Shown: one piece after another, positions 51,308-63,930 of the stretch
Layout of the letters: every line of letters starts with the position of its first letter
Position numbering within the stretch: the first letter of the stretch is position 1
Origin: Octopus sinensis
Lineage: Eukaryota
Assembly: GCF_006345805.1 (NCBI RefSeq)
Contig: NC_043002.1
Location: forward strand, 76,446,001 to 76,510,000
DNA: 64,000 nucleotides
Direction of reading: 5' to 3'
The notes under the pieces: model-generated
Databases searched by the model: none
What the model saw: only the letters and a program-made list of their open reading frames with translations
What the model was told of the DNA's origin: nothing
Position numbers and translations under genes: made by a program

Positions 51308-54300
51308 ATGATCAAGATTGGTTGTGTAAATGCGCGTGGCTTGGGGTCCCCTTGGAAACAAGGGTACCTCTTAAATGACATAAAGTCACATAAGTTAGAA
51401 ATCATAGCCATAAGCGAGACCAGACTCCACAATCCGCGGGCCCTAAAGACCATGTTTGGCGGACAGTTCAACATTTATTTTTCCCCCTGTCTGCCGAGAA
51501 TGGGCGGTAGTGGCACCGCGGTACTTTTTCACAAGAGTCTGGATCTCAATGTAAGGACAATATTCGTAGACCCGGAGGGTAGACTGGTCGTCCTGGATGT
51601 CGACGGCAGCAATGGGTGCGCTTTTCGACTCGTATCAGTTTACGCACCGCCCTAACAGGTCGGGCGGATTTCTTTCAACGTCTAGAAGTTTTCTTGGGAA
51701 CGTCTCGTCCTTTACTCTTAGTGGGGGATTGGAATGCTACCTTGGACACGCATGTAGACTACGTGGGTAGAGATAGGAATAGACGGGGATGCAAATGCCT
51801 CAGAGACCTGCTCAGACGCTTTCAACTGTCTGACAGGTTCCGACTAGACCACCCGAATGCGCCAACGTGGACATGGAGCAACCGCATCGGGTCGTCGAGA
51901 TCGTATCTAGATAGGATACTGTGTAGGACAGTAGATAGAGATAGCATAGGATGTCCACAATTCCACATAGTCAGCTACACGGATCACAAACTTGTGACAT
52001 GTACGCTAGACTTAGGTAAGACACTTAGGCAGGGTCCCGGATACTGGAAACTAAACGCGTCTTTCCCATCGAGACAAGTTTTCAGAGACCGGATTAGCAC
52101 ACTAGTAAAGAGGGCTTTGACGGGAGCCATCATCAACAACAAATGGTGGTTTGCCCTCAAGAGAGCAGTAAAAGCAGAAGCGATTAGGTACAGCAAAGCA
52201 CTAGCCATAGATAGAAATAGAGTAGAGGGTGAGCTAGTTAAGAAGCTAGAAGAGGCAATTAGAAGCGGCATCGCATCCGACGTTTTGGCGGCGAGGTTGG
52301 CCCTCGACCAACACTTCAACGCCAAACACGAAGGATGTGCTGTCAGAGCTAGGATGCGTGCTCTAAGGAACGAAGGTGTTGGAGCCGCGAGAGAGGCCCG
52401 GGTGGCAGAGGCGCAACAGGGCAACAAAGCCACCATTCGGTCACTGGTAGATGAACAGGGGCGCGAATTGCTCGAGCCAAGTAAAATGTGTGAGGCCTTT
52501 CAGCAGCATTTTGCCCGACTGTTCGGAACGAGTGGAGGGCAAGAACGTAGGGTGGACTTCAGTGCCTACCTACATAGCCTACCACGACTCTCGACAAGAA
52601 AGGCAGGGTGCTGCGAAGGTGCCATCACGGCGGCGGAAGTGCGGGAAGCGATGGCAGAATGCTCGAGGGACAAATCACCGGGTTTGGATGGTCTACCCTA
52701 CGAGCTTTACAATTGTTTGGAGATCTCTTGGCGGCGGTGTACTGCAACTGGCAGCAAAACGGGAGCATTCCTGGTTTTGTGAGCCGAGGAGCCGTAACAC
52801 TGCTGAAGAAAGATCTAAACAAGGGAAATGTAATAGATAACTTTAGGCCCATCACTCTGCTTAATGCAGACTTGAAAATTTTGGCCAAGGTGCTAGCCAA
52901 GAGGTTGGCGCTTGTCATCGAGAAACTGGTCGACAAGGCGCAAACATGCGCCGTGCCAGGCCGGACCATCCATGACAACCTCCATCTGATGCGCTACATC
53001 ATAGACAGGGTAGTTAACGAACCTGGCATGGGTGGGGCCCTGATCAACTTGGATCAATCGAAAGCCTTTGATAGGGTAGACCATCGATACTTGGAGGCAG
53101 TCCTGAGAGCGGCTGGTTTCGGTCCCGTCTTCCGCGGCTGGATAGCTGCCTTGTACAGAGGCATCCGTTCGGTAATTCGCGTAAATGGACATCTATCGAG
53201 ACCTTTCGACATTGCACGTTCGGTCCGTCAGGGATGCCCCCTCTCGGCGCTTCTATACGTATTGACTCTTGAGCCACTACTGCGGAAGCTGGCGACTCTA
53301 AGGGGCATCCCGCGAGAATTGGGATGCGGGACGAGCGTGTCTGCATACGCGGACGACGTCACCGTCATAGTGTCTAGCCACGAGCACATCGAGCTGGTCG
53401 GCGAGACACTGAAAAACTACGAAGCGGTGACAGGAGCGAAAATCAACCGGGAAAAGTCAGTGGGCTTGCGACTAGGCACCTGGAGAAGCAAGCCCATGCC
53501 GTCCACCAGCGCCTCCGTCGTGGGACGCTGGACCGACGGCCCGGTTGAGTTGCTCGGGGTCTGGTTTGGTCCGGACCTCCAAGTGGAGAAGAACTGGAAC
53601 GAGATAACGAGTAGGGTGGTCACTCTCGCCCGGCAATGGGCCGAGAGGAAACTGTCCCTAAAAGGTCGAGCGAGGTGGCGAACACGTACATCGCGTCCGT
53701 CATCTACTACCGCCTGACCGTCGTACCTGTCCCGACCCTACCATCACCAAACTACAACGCATCCTCTTTCGCTTCTTGTGGAAAGGATGCGTCCCGATGG
53801 TCAGGCGATCCATTTGCTGTCAACACCCGTTAAAAGGAGGGCTGGGCATGCCGTGGTTGATGATGCGCAGACACGCGCTGAGACTGCGACATCTCTGGCT
53901 CTATGTAGACGACGGTGAACAGGTGTGGTCGCCGTTTGTGAGGCACGCTTTCCCGCAGCTCGTCTCCATGACCGAACTGCAGTCGTGGATCAAAAAGAGG
54001 CCGAGGAAGGGCGAATGGCACCGCGAGTGTCGCGTTGCTCTCAAGCAACTCTGCCGTCCTGGGTCGACCTTAAGTGACTTCAACACAACCAAAGCATTCT
54101 ATAGGGGTTTAGTGGAGGGGAGGTACGACGACGAGCTCGGGGCGAACCTGGACGTCGACGAGGAGTACCTGACCCGCCTGTTCGGGACGACTTTCGGGCC
54201 AGGGCCCATGGACAACTTCCAGAGATCCCTGGCCTGGCAGTGCTACCGAGAAGCGCTACCCGTTCGGGATAAGCTCTACAGACACGGCTCGAGAAACACG

Positions 54301-54729
54301 GGGCCGACCTGCCCGAGATGCGGTCAGAGCGACGAAACCGTTCTGCACGCACTCGTTCAGTGTCCAACAATTTCCGACCTGTGGGCTTATGTCGAACAAC
54401 TGCTGTCACGTGTGGGACGAGTCGGTTTATCAGCTGAGTCTATCGTCAATATTGTCACGCCTCCTTCCTTCAAACGGGAAGGAAGAGCTATTTTCATCAT
54501 CCTTGTGGCTATGGCGAAAGAATGTATCTGGTGGACGCGTCTGAAAGGATTGGAGACAAACACTTTCCTCTCTGGTCAATCTCTCATCAACTTCTTCAAG
54601 TACCACTTGAAAAGGAAAGTGAGAGTAGAGAGGCAAGTTTTGTCTAGCGAATGTTTTAAAAAAAGATGGGTGAATGTAGCAAGAATGGCACGTATGAATG
54701 ACGAAGCCACCTTGAGCATAGTCCTATGA
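51308..54729 (+). pseudogene. Tx1-like ORF2: APE endonuclease, reverse transcriptase, C-terminal zinc finger (four frameshifts)
   Basis: NARGL, ISET, GDWN, SYLDR, TDHKLV, GPGYWKLNAS, KSPGLDG, FRPITLLNADLKI, DQSKAFDRVDH, RQGCPLS, YADD, LSLKGR, GGLGMP, CPRC-ETVLH-C; shifts near 51648, 52715, 53672, 53729. Confidence 0.93.
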
Positions 54730-55157
54730 ACCCAGAAATCGAAAACAGAGAGTTGCTTATTTGCAAAAAAAAAAAAAAAAAAGAAATATAAAATGTGACT
54801 TCATTGACCGAGGTTACCGTGGTCTTTTCCGTAGGCTTTTCTTTCCACGGGTAAACCTCACCTGTCCTCCCCTTTACACTTCATATTGACATTTCTGTGA
54901 TAACGATCCCTATTGATCAATTTTTTTTTTCCTCTCCCCCCCCCCTTTTTTTGCCTCTTGTTTCTCTCTCCTCTTTCTCTCCTTTTACGATCCTTTTGAT
55001 CGAATCTCCCTTTCCTTTTTTTTTTTTTTTTTTTTAAACCTTCAAAAGAAAAGCTCTACCTTGTAATTTGTTCTATCTGTGTGCAGCCCTGTGTGGCTAA
55101 TAAGATAACATATCTATCTATCTATCTATCTAGCTAGCTTCTAGCTAGCTACTATCT

Positions 55158-55344
55158 GTCTTCTTTTTATTATTTATTTATTTTTTTTTGTCTTTTCTTC
55201 CCTTTTACGATCCCTCTTGATCGAAAAAACCTACGCCACCCCTTTTTTTTCTTTTGTTTTTTGTTTTTTTCATCCCCCAAAAGAAAAGCTCTACCTTGTA
55301 ACTTGTCCCATCTGTGTGCAGCCCTGTGTGGCCAATAAAGAAAC

Positions 55345-55346
<2 letters not shown>
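55158..55346 (+). mobile_element. Second, very short Tx1 3' copy in tandem
   Basis: Closer to 12250-12469 than to the adjacent long copy; (TATC)n on both sides. Confidence 0.85.
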
Positions 55347-55387
<41 letters not shown>

Positions 55388-55557
55388 CCTGTCTGTCTGT
55401 CTGTCTGCCTGCCTGCCTATCTGTCTGTCTGTCTGCCTGCCTGTCTGTGCATTGATCTATCCTTCGTCTGCCTGCCTGCCTGCCTATCTACCCGCCTGCC
55501 TATCTACCCGCCTGCCTATCGGTCTGTTTGCTTATCTATCTATTCTATCTATCTATC

Positions 55558-55596
<39 letters not shown>

Positions 55597-56815
55597 CATC
55601 TATCTATCTATAAACTCTTTCTTTTAAGGCAACCTTTAATTTAATGCCTTATTAAAAGTAGGATGGCAGAGAGCCGTCTATAATACGTTGCTATAGGTCC
55701 CACGATATTTGGCAAACCAGTATAATGGTCTGGTGCCAGATCAAATTTGCGATTCACTGGCTGACAAGATTTTATCTTCTTGCCTGTGGAGTGATATTTT
55801 GTGGAATCATTTTGCGTTACATTATTTTGAACATTCCATTCTTTACAAATCTCCAGAATACTTTTCTATTCCTTCATTATTGATGATATGACAAAACAAA
55901 AACCAAACAAAACCAAAAAAAAAAACCAACAACAACAGCAACAACAACAAAAACCAACAAAGGTTTGCTGCCTAAAAGTGAATTAAAAATCCCAAAGGGT
56001 GTTTTTTTTTTAAAATTTATTTATGCGTTTTTCGTATAATATTTTCTCTTTTATTTTTAAAATTGGATTTTGAAAGAGTCGATCATTGAAACAGCCCAAA
56101 TAAAAACAGTGAATAGGCAAGTAAACCCCATGCAGTTTTTTCTTAATTTAAATTTCAGATGTGAAGGTTAACAATTTCTGCAAGCTTGCTTCGATTTCCA
56201 TAAATTTTCCGTAACTCGTTTCAAGTAATTTTCTCCTGCTTTATTTAACAAAGTTTTTAGAATTTTGTTTCTTTTTTTTTTTTTTGGCTATAGAAATTGT
56301 TTCCTTTTTTACCTCTTCTTTTCCTTCTACATTTCAAGATTTTTATTTATCGATAAAAGTTGAAATCACACGAACAAACAAAAGCAACATAAATTAAATA
56401 AAAAAAAATAAAATAAATAAAAACAACAATAACAACAGTCAAACAGATAAACAAACAAACAAACAAACAAAAAAATATATGTGCGAATCAATTCCGATTT
56501 GCGGAAGATGTAGGAAACTCGGTGTAAAATAATGATTTATTTGGACTTGGGGAACAACCTCAACTGAAGGACGAGCAACTATGTAGTTTATACAATTGAC
56601 TCAAACTTATTACTGGTATTTTTGGTTTTTCTTTTAATTTGCTTCAAGCAGAGGAAAAGCAAATGCCGCTCCAGCAGTGACTGAACGAATAAAAAAAAAA
56701 CACATTACAAAATAAAATAAAATTAAGCATACTAAATCACTAAATTAGGATAAATTTCTGGTTCTTCTGCTGTTGAAGTTATCTTTACTAGTAAAATAAA
56801 AAACTGGTTTATCAC

Positions 56816-56846
<31 letters not shown>

Positions 56847-56857
56847 CTTCTTCTTTA

Positions 56858-57065
56858 GGCGGTGAGCTTGGCAGAATCGTTAGTACATCGGGCGAAATGC
56901 TTAGAGGTATTTCGTCTGCATCTACGTTCTGAGATCGAATACCGTCGAAGTCGACCTTGCCTTTCATCCTTTCGGGAGTCGATAAATTATGTACCAGATG
57001 CGTCCGGATGTCGAAGTAATCGATCGCCCCGCCTTAAAATTTTTGGCCTTGTGCCTATAGTAAAA
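56858..57065 (+). mobile_element. SINE family B
   Basis: ggcggtgagcttggcagaatcgttag head and core. Confidence 0.8.
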
Positions 57066-57068
57066 AGG

Positions 57069-57108
<40 letters not shown>

Positions 57109-57139
57109 TATTATATTATTATTATTATTATTATTATTT

Positions 57140-58260
57140 AGGTGATGAGCTGGCAGAATCGTTAGTTCACTGAACGAAATGCTTAGCGGTATTGGTCAAT
57201 CTTGATCCTTTCACCCGCATGGTTTTCATTAAAAAATCAAAAACAAAAACAAAAAAACACTCGGATTTTTTGCGTGGAATAATGAACTCTGACCTCCTAA
57301 TATGCTGCAAACTCCTTATTTTTGTTCGGAAAAAAGGTGGTGGGGAGCCGGACTCCCCCCGCCCATTTCCTGGAATCATTGGATTTTTTTTTTCGTTGAA
57401 TGAATTCCTGTAACCTCCTAATATGCTACAAAACCCATTTTTGGGTCCGGAAAAAGGGGTAGGGTGAGATGGAAGCCTCATAAATTTCACCCCCACCCCC
57501 ATTGGTCCTTTCACCTGCACGATTTTCAGTAAGAAACAAAAAGAGACTTGTATTTTTTGCATGGAATCAAGTACCCTGACTTCCTAATATGCAGCAAACC
57601 CCTTATTTTTGTTCGGAAAAAAGTGGGGAGTGGGAAAACCGGGCCCCCTTCATATCTCGGAATCATTGGAAATTTTTTTTTTCATTGACCGAATTCCGGT
57701 GACCTCCTAAAATGCTACAAACTCTTTTTTGGCTCCGGAAAACGGGGTGAGGTGAGGTGGGGGTAGAACCCTCGGAAATTTCACCCCCACATCCATTTTC
57801 AAATATATCTTGCTATTTCTTTCTTTATCCATAATTTTAGATAACATTTTGCAGAAATACGTTTTCGAGAGAGTGTGGATTACATTAGAATGAAAATTCA
57901 AAGAAGTTTGAAATGAATAAGTAAAGATGTAGAGGTTAGAGAAGTTAGTGGTAACGAAGCGTGGAGGGGTAGTCGATAAATTCATCTTAAAACAACACGT
58001 TAGAGATTTTGCATGTATGGGTGAAATGGAGTAAAATATTAACAAAATATCTTTTTCCTACCGCTTAAAATCAGTGGATATAACATATATAATAATCCCG
58101 AATAGATTTTCCTGGCTTGCAGTCCTCAGTCAATCCGTCCAACCCATGCCAGCATGGAAAGCAGACGTTAAACGATGATGGCGATGATTATGATATATAT
58201 AATTATGATAGATTGTTACCCATTCAATGTTTAGGTAAACTTCGTCACCCACTCACTCAC

Positions 58261-58308
<48 letters not shown>

Positions 58309-58702
58309 ACTCTCTCTCAAATGGTTTTGTAGCATATTAGGAGGTCACTGGAATTCTTAAAAAAAAAAAATTCTGATGATTCCGGGATATGGGGGTCCAG
58401 CTCCCCACATTTTTTTCCGAACAAAAATAAGGAGTTTGCAGCATATTAGGAGGTCAGGGTACTTGATTCCACGCAAAAAATCCGAGTTCTTTTTCTCTTA
58501 GTGAAAATCGTGCGGGTGAAAGAATCAAATAATACCGCAGTATTTCGTCTGCCTCTACATTTTGAGTTCAAAATCCGCATGTCGACTTTGCTTTTTTCAC
58601 TTTCGGGGTCGATAAATTAAGTACCAATGAAATACTGGGGTCCATGTAAGCAACTTATCCCCTCGCTCAAAATGGCTGCCCTTGTGGAAAAATTTGAAAC
58701 CA
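57140..58702 (+). mobile_element. SINE family B split by a DNA transposon
   Basis: Head 57140-57193; remainder resumes at 58537. Confidence 0.75.
57194..58536. mobile_element. Mutator-like/foldback non-autonomous transposon with ~210-bp TIRs
   Basis: 58323-58536 is the reverse complement of the left arm, which is duplicated at ~57501; GGT...ACC ends; 8-bp TSD gcggtatt/gcagtatt. Confidence 0.7.
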
Positions 58703-58736
<34 letters not shown>

Positions 58737-59341
58737 GTGTGAGAGAGCAGTGCATGCCATCAAAGTGACACTGGGGTAAAATATACGAAGCCCAGTATAC
58801 CCATCATGACTACCTGTCTGATAAGGGTATACCAGGCACATGCATCACAACCATATGTGCGCGACTTGGTGATCCTATATCAAAATAAACAGCGCATGAC
58901 CTTACAGGTGGGCTCCAGTTAGAATTTTCTTCTGGCCGAGTAGCCCATCCTGCTCAAAAGGACCCTAAATAAGTATTGTTTAAGGATGTTGAACGAACCA
59001 CCCATGTTTCCAAAGGTGAATTATCCAAACCGCTAAGAATTCCTTTAAACACACGGCTATGATGCACTCCCACTACTTCTGCTTGTAATCAGAGATGCAC
59101 ATATCGTCAACCACTAAGGGACATGGTCAGCTGGTTATGGTAAAAAAACTGACGAGCAAATCTGTTGTATTGAGCAGAATATTTGTTGTAGCCCATCTTT
59201 TATACCAAGACAAAACAATGTACATGATAACACTTGCAATCAGTTAAGATCAGAAACAACGAGAGCCACTGCCTGGTACTACATCAGGGCATAGTTAAGA
59301 TCAGCAGCCATGAGAGCCACTGCCTGGTACTGCATCAGGGT
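58737..59341. mobile_element. Unclassified ~600-bp element inside (TTA)n
   Basis: Complex sequence bounded by (TTA)n on both sides; terminal 51-bp tandem duplication. Confidence 0.45.
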
Positions 59342-59429
59342 ATTTATTATTAATATTATATTATTATTATTATTATATTATTATTATTATATTATTATTG
59401 TTATTATTATTATTATTATATTATTATTA

Positions 59430-59466
<37 letters not shown>

Positions 59467-59865
59467 TCGGCGAGCTGGCAGAATCGTTTGCACGCTGGGC
59501 AAAATGCCTGGCGGCATTTCGCCTGTCTTTATGTTCTGAGTTCAAATTCCTTTCGGGGTCGATAAAATAAGTACCAGTTAAGTACTGGGGTCGATGTAAT
59601 CGTCTATCCCCCTGCCCCAAATTTCAGGTCTTGTGCCTAGAGTAGAAAAAATTATTATTACTGCTGAGGTGACGAGCTGGCAGAAACGCAAGCACGCCAG
59701 TCAAAATGCTTAGCAGTATTTCGTCCGCCTTTTACGTTCTGAGTTCAAAGTCCACCGGAGTCGATTTTGCCTTTCATGTTTTCGGGGTCGATGAAATAAG
59801 TGCCAGTTGAGGACTGAGGTCGATGTCATCGACAAAACCCTGATCGCCCCCAAAATTTGAAAATA
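59467..59865 (+). mobile_element. Two adjacent family B SINEs
   Basis: Two gagctggcagaa heads (59470, 59675) with B boxes. Confidence 0.8.
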
Positions 59866-60354
59866 TGAGAAGTAACGGCTCAATCTATAGGGACTCCCTC
59901 ATATAGATGCACTTAACAAGAAAAGAAACAAGAAAGGACAACACAGGAGGGAAACATTTAACAAATGCTGTATTAAAAAGGAAAAGAAAGGGTCTAAACG
60001 ATTCGGACATTAGTCCTCCACCAGAAGAAAGAGAGATGCGTGTAGTAAGAGGGAATAAAAGTGGATCAGAAACTGAATGTATCCATCCATCGATATATAT
60101 ATATAAATGGGAGCAACTGTTTATTCGAAAGTGCATATTGTTGTTAAATGCTCGAAATACGAGACTAGAAAAACAGCGAACAACTGATGAAGGGTTGTTC
60201 TTTATGTTGTTTATTTTGTTTTCCATTTATGTCTTTCGTTGTTCGAAAGAATAGTTCATGTTCCATGTACTCGTGCTTCGTACTTTTTTTTTATTGTACA
60301 CGTTTCATGGTGTCCTGTGCCACTTGCATATATATATATATATATAATATATAT

Positions 60355-60397
<43 letters not shown>

Positions 60398-60399
<2 letters not shown>

Positions 60400-60561
60400 C
60401 GTAGTGTGGCTGTGGGGTAAGAAGCTTGCTTCACACCTGTTGTTCCTGGTTCAGTCTCTCACTGCGTGGCACCTTGGGCAAGTGTCTTTGAGTGGACTTG
60501 GTAGATGGAAGCTGAAAGAAACGCGTGGTATGTATATATATATATACTATATATAATATTA

Positions 60562-60603
<42 letters not shown>

Positions 60604-60770
60604 TTGTGTGTCTGTGTTTGACCCCCAAGGTCTCTGTAACTTAGCGGTTCGGCAAAAGAGACCGATAGAATAAGTACTAGGCTTACAAAGAATAAGTCCT
60701 GGGGTCTATCTGTTAGATCAAAGGCGGTGCTTTAGCATGGCCGCAGTCAAATGACTGAAAGAAACAAAAG
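60398..60770 (+). mobile_element. SINE family A
   Basis: Head, central (TA)n and 3' tail present. Confidence 0.85.
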
Positions 60771-61233
60771 TATGTATGTATGTATGTATGTATGTATGTA
60801 TGTATGTATGTGCATATGAAATCTTTAAACCGTCTATTGTATGCATCCCGGTATTATCGTTTCATTCAGAATCTTTCATATTGTTGAATGAAATCTTTGC
60901 AGTATATTTAGGACAATTGAATCTGAATTCGTTATCAATATTACCGGATCTCCGCTGTCTAATTTTCAAGGCCATTGTGTTTGTTGTTACCGGCATTTGA
61001 ATTATTCTTTCACCGTTAAGTTTACACTTCAGAAATTAAAGTGTTCTCTTCTGATTTGTGTTTGATGTTTCGGTTCATCTTGGCATTATGTTGTTGTATG
61101 GCTATTGCTTATCTCATCAATCATCTATTTTTGTGGGGGAATTCTCTTTAGGATAAAAAGAAAAAAATTACTACATTTAGGATTAGTGTATTGTTTACTA
61201 ATGTTTTCCTATTCCGTTTTGTTTTGTTGTAAT

Positions 61234-61892
61234 AAATTATGGTTTATAATGCTGCTGTCATTTCAACCTTGCTGTATGGCTGCGAAACCTAGACTCTATA
61301 TCGTCGTGACGTCCAAAAATTATAACACTTTCACCAACAAAAGCTCCGTTCAATCTTGAGTATCATATGGGAACACTATGTGACCAACAACAAAGTCCTG
61401 GAAAGAGCCAACAGTCAAAGTATCGAATCGCTGATCACGAAACATTGTATTCGATGGTCTGGATATGTAGCAAGAATGGAAGAGTCAAGATTTCCCACGC
61501 CAAGTCTTATTAAGTGAGCTCACACCAGGAAAAGGCCACGGGGTTGCTCTCTTCAAAGATACACGGACCAACTCAAAGCAACACTGAAAGCCACTGGAAG
61601 TGAGGCTAAATCGTTTGAAACATAAGCCCGAGGCTGTACTAAGGGGCGGTGTTTCATCACCATCGGAACCCAAAACTTCAAAGCCCCCAGAAGAAAAAAA
61701 AAAGGAAGAAATCAAACAACAGGAGAGAAAGGCTCGATAAAATCAACCTCGATCTCCACCAACATTACCATGCAGTGAATGCCATCGATCCTTCTATGCA
61801 AGAATTGGTCTACAGAGTCATCAACGCCATAACCACAAAGGAAATATTCAGCAAAGAAGAAACTAAATTCTCGAATACGAGAATTTACCAAT
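61234..61892 (+). pseudogene. RTE-clade LINE 3' fragment
   Basis: VYNAAVISTLLYGCET*, VTNNKVLERA, RWSGYVARM, CSECHRSFYARIGLQSH; tail hairpin ATTCTCG-AATA-CGAGAAT. Confidence 0.85.
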
Positions 61893-62221
61893 GCACCTTT
61901 TGAAATATCTGAGAATGAAATTCCCCTGTATCTCTCAGTTCACTGTCTTTATCGTTTGATTAAATTTAAACGAAGGCAGAGGTGTGGTAAAATAGCAGAG
62001 CAGCAAATAAGCAAAACATTATGTGAATCAGTATTCAAGACTTACTTCCTGAGTTCACATCCTGCCGGGTATACCCTTACTCTACTTTCTTCAGAATCAA
62101 TACAATACCTTAATTGCCAATGTGTATGACGCATCTGTATTTTGCAAGTATATTTTGTGGAAAAATCAAATTTAATATGTTTCATCAAGCACACATTGAA
62201 AAAATATTTTAAAATAGTTTT

Positions 62222-62376
62222 CAGGCTGTGGGGTAAGTAGCTTGCTCACCAACCACATGGTTCTGGGTTCAGTCTTACTGCGTGGCACCTTGGGGCAAGT
62301 GTCTTCTACTATAGCCTCGGGCCGATCAAAGCCTTGTGAGTGGATTTGGTAGACGGAAACTGAAAGAAGCCCGTCG

Positions 62377-62408
<32 letters not shown>

Positions 62409-62632
62409 GGGGGTGTATGTTTGTGTGTCTATGCTTGACCCCCCAACATTTCTTGACAACCGATGCTGGTGTGTTTACGTCCCCGTAACTTAGCGGTTCG
62501 GCAAAAGAGACCGATAGAATAAGTGCTAGGTTTACAAAGAATAAGTCCTGGGGTCGATTTCTTTGACTAAAGGCGGTGCTCCAGCATGGCCACAGTCAGA
62601 TGACTGAGACAAGTAAAAGAGTGAAAGAGTAA
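62222..62632 (+). mobile_element. SINE family A
   Basis: Near full-length, high-identity copy. Confidence 0.9.
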
Positions 62633-62713
62633 GAGGAAATGGTTTTGTGCATGTAAATACAATACTGTTACAGCCTCTGGGAATAAAGTTTGAAACCATA
62701 AGTGAACCATGTA

Positions 62714-63130
62714 CAGGGGTGAGCAAAACTAGATATACAGTAGTTGAATTATGAATGGGATGTTCTTTTCATTTCTCTGTTTCTTTTTTTTTTCGGATTA
62801 GTGATTCATAAATCGACTGAGGGATTTGAAGAAGATGCATAGCTCAATGAAAACTCCCTTTTTTAATTTCTGGGAACTCTGAGTGAATGCTTAAACCACA
62901 AGCATTTTATTTTCTTCAGTGATAGCTCTGACCGGTTGACCACTTTTCTGTGCATTGCAGATGGACCAAGTGTAATAAAATTTGTCACGCATTCTGTAAA
63001 CTGTTAGTCTTGACTGAGCTGGTCTTTGAAATTCTTCTGTCCCTTTCTGTCTAATCAGTACTACTTGTTGATCTACTTCCGTTCATCGTTGCTAAAATTT
63101 ACAGCCACATGATAAATATCTGAAGTTTGA
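62714..63130 (-). pseudogene. Tc1/mariner transposase N-terminal relic with TIR
   Basis: EEFQRPAQSRLTVYRMRDKF...KSGQPVRAITEEN (frameshifted); TA|CAGGGGTGAGCAAAACTAG end. Confidence 0.6.
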
Positions 63131-63221
63131 AATAATTATTTTATGAAAGAAGGTAATTAGTTAAAATGATCATAGATTCATAGAATTCCTATCATAAAAA
63201 ATGAAAACGCTTTATAAACGG

Positions 63222-63340
63222 AATGAGACGCATTGTGCAACAAAATGGTTCATATTTGGTTGATTAAAAATGTAATGGCAAGTATTTATTGACCTTTTTC
63301 ATTCCTTTAAAAATCGGCACGAACTTTCCGGACAACCCAA
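63222..63340 (+). mobile_element. mariner 3' end
   Basis: RIVQQNGSYLVD* then TIR cggcacgaactttccggacaacccaa|TA. Confidence 0.7.
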
Positions 63341-63409
63341 TATATATTTATTATATTATTTTCCCTTCTTCCTAGCTCTCCTGTCTGACCACCTCTGTCC
63401 GGCCATCGT

Positions 63410-63600
63410 CATGATCGACCGCTAGCCACTAAGCTTTTTTTAAATTCTCTCTGTTTATTTTTTCGTGTTCCTTTCTGTTGAAGAGCGTCGGCTCGAAACG
63501 TAAAAGACTTTCTCACATTCCTTAGTGTTAAACTAATACACCTGTTTGTTGTTTCCACATCTGTCTTCGTCTTTTGTCTTTTTTTGTAAATTCCAACTAT
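63410..63600 (+). mobile_element. Short PLE terminal-repeat element with CUGUUGA motif
   Basis: CTTT-CTGTTGA-A-GAGC/GCTC-GAAACGTA-AAAG; ends at tatatat. Confidence 0.75.
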
Positions 63601-63607
63601 ATATCTT

Positions 63608-63642
<35 letters not shown>

Positions 63643-63744
63643 GCAGACAGATACGTATAGATAGAAATTTGTTTTAAATGTATGTATACAAGCATTTATA
63701 AGTGTGACCATACGAGTGTATAATATACATATATATATTTTACC

Positions 63745-63930
63745 TTTTACTTGTTTCAGTCATTGAACTGCGGTCATACTGGGGCACCGCCTTGATAGTG
63801 CTTTTTATCAGTCCGACGAATCGACCCCAGTACTTATGCTTTTAAAGCCTGGTTTTCGTCCTGGGATGTGGGAACGTAAACAAACCAACGCCCGTTGTGA
63901 AGCGGTGGTGGAGGACAAACACAAAGCAAA
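63745..63930 (-). mobile_element. SINE family A, diverged 3' part
   Basis: ttttacttgtttcagtcatt...tcgaccccagtacttat. Confidence 0.65.

Larger units (their letters stand above)
50101..55110 (+). mobile_element. Tx1/L1-clade non-LTR retrotransposon, near full length
   Basis: ORF1 knuckle, ORF2 APE-RT-CCHC, ~380-bp 3' UTR ending in (TATC)n. The 5' end may extend upstream of the microsatellite. Confidence 0.93.

Noticed and set aside
54765-54782. Poly(A) as the Tx1 3' end
   Set aside because: Sequence downstream is shared with the other two copies, so the A-run is internal to the 3' UTR.
59907-60254. 115-aa ORF and CTGATGAAG motif
   Set aside because: No recognisable domain, and no matching stem II/GAAA geometry.
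60830-61230. Possible very old minus-strand PLE GIY-YIG relic (also 22380-22700, 40050-40200)
   Set aside because: Only scattered residues match; too degenerate to support by eye.
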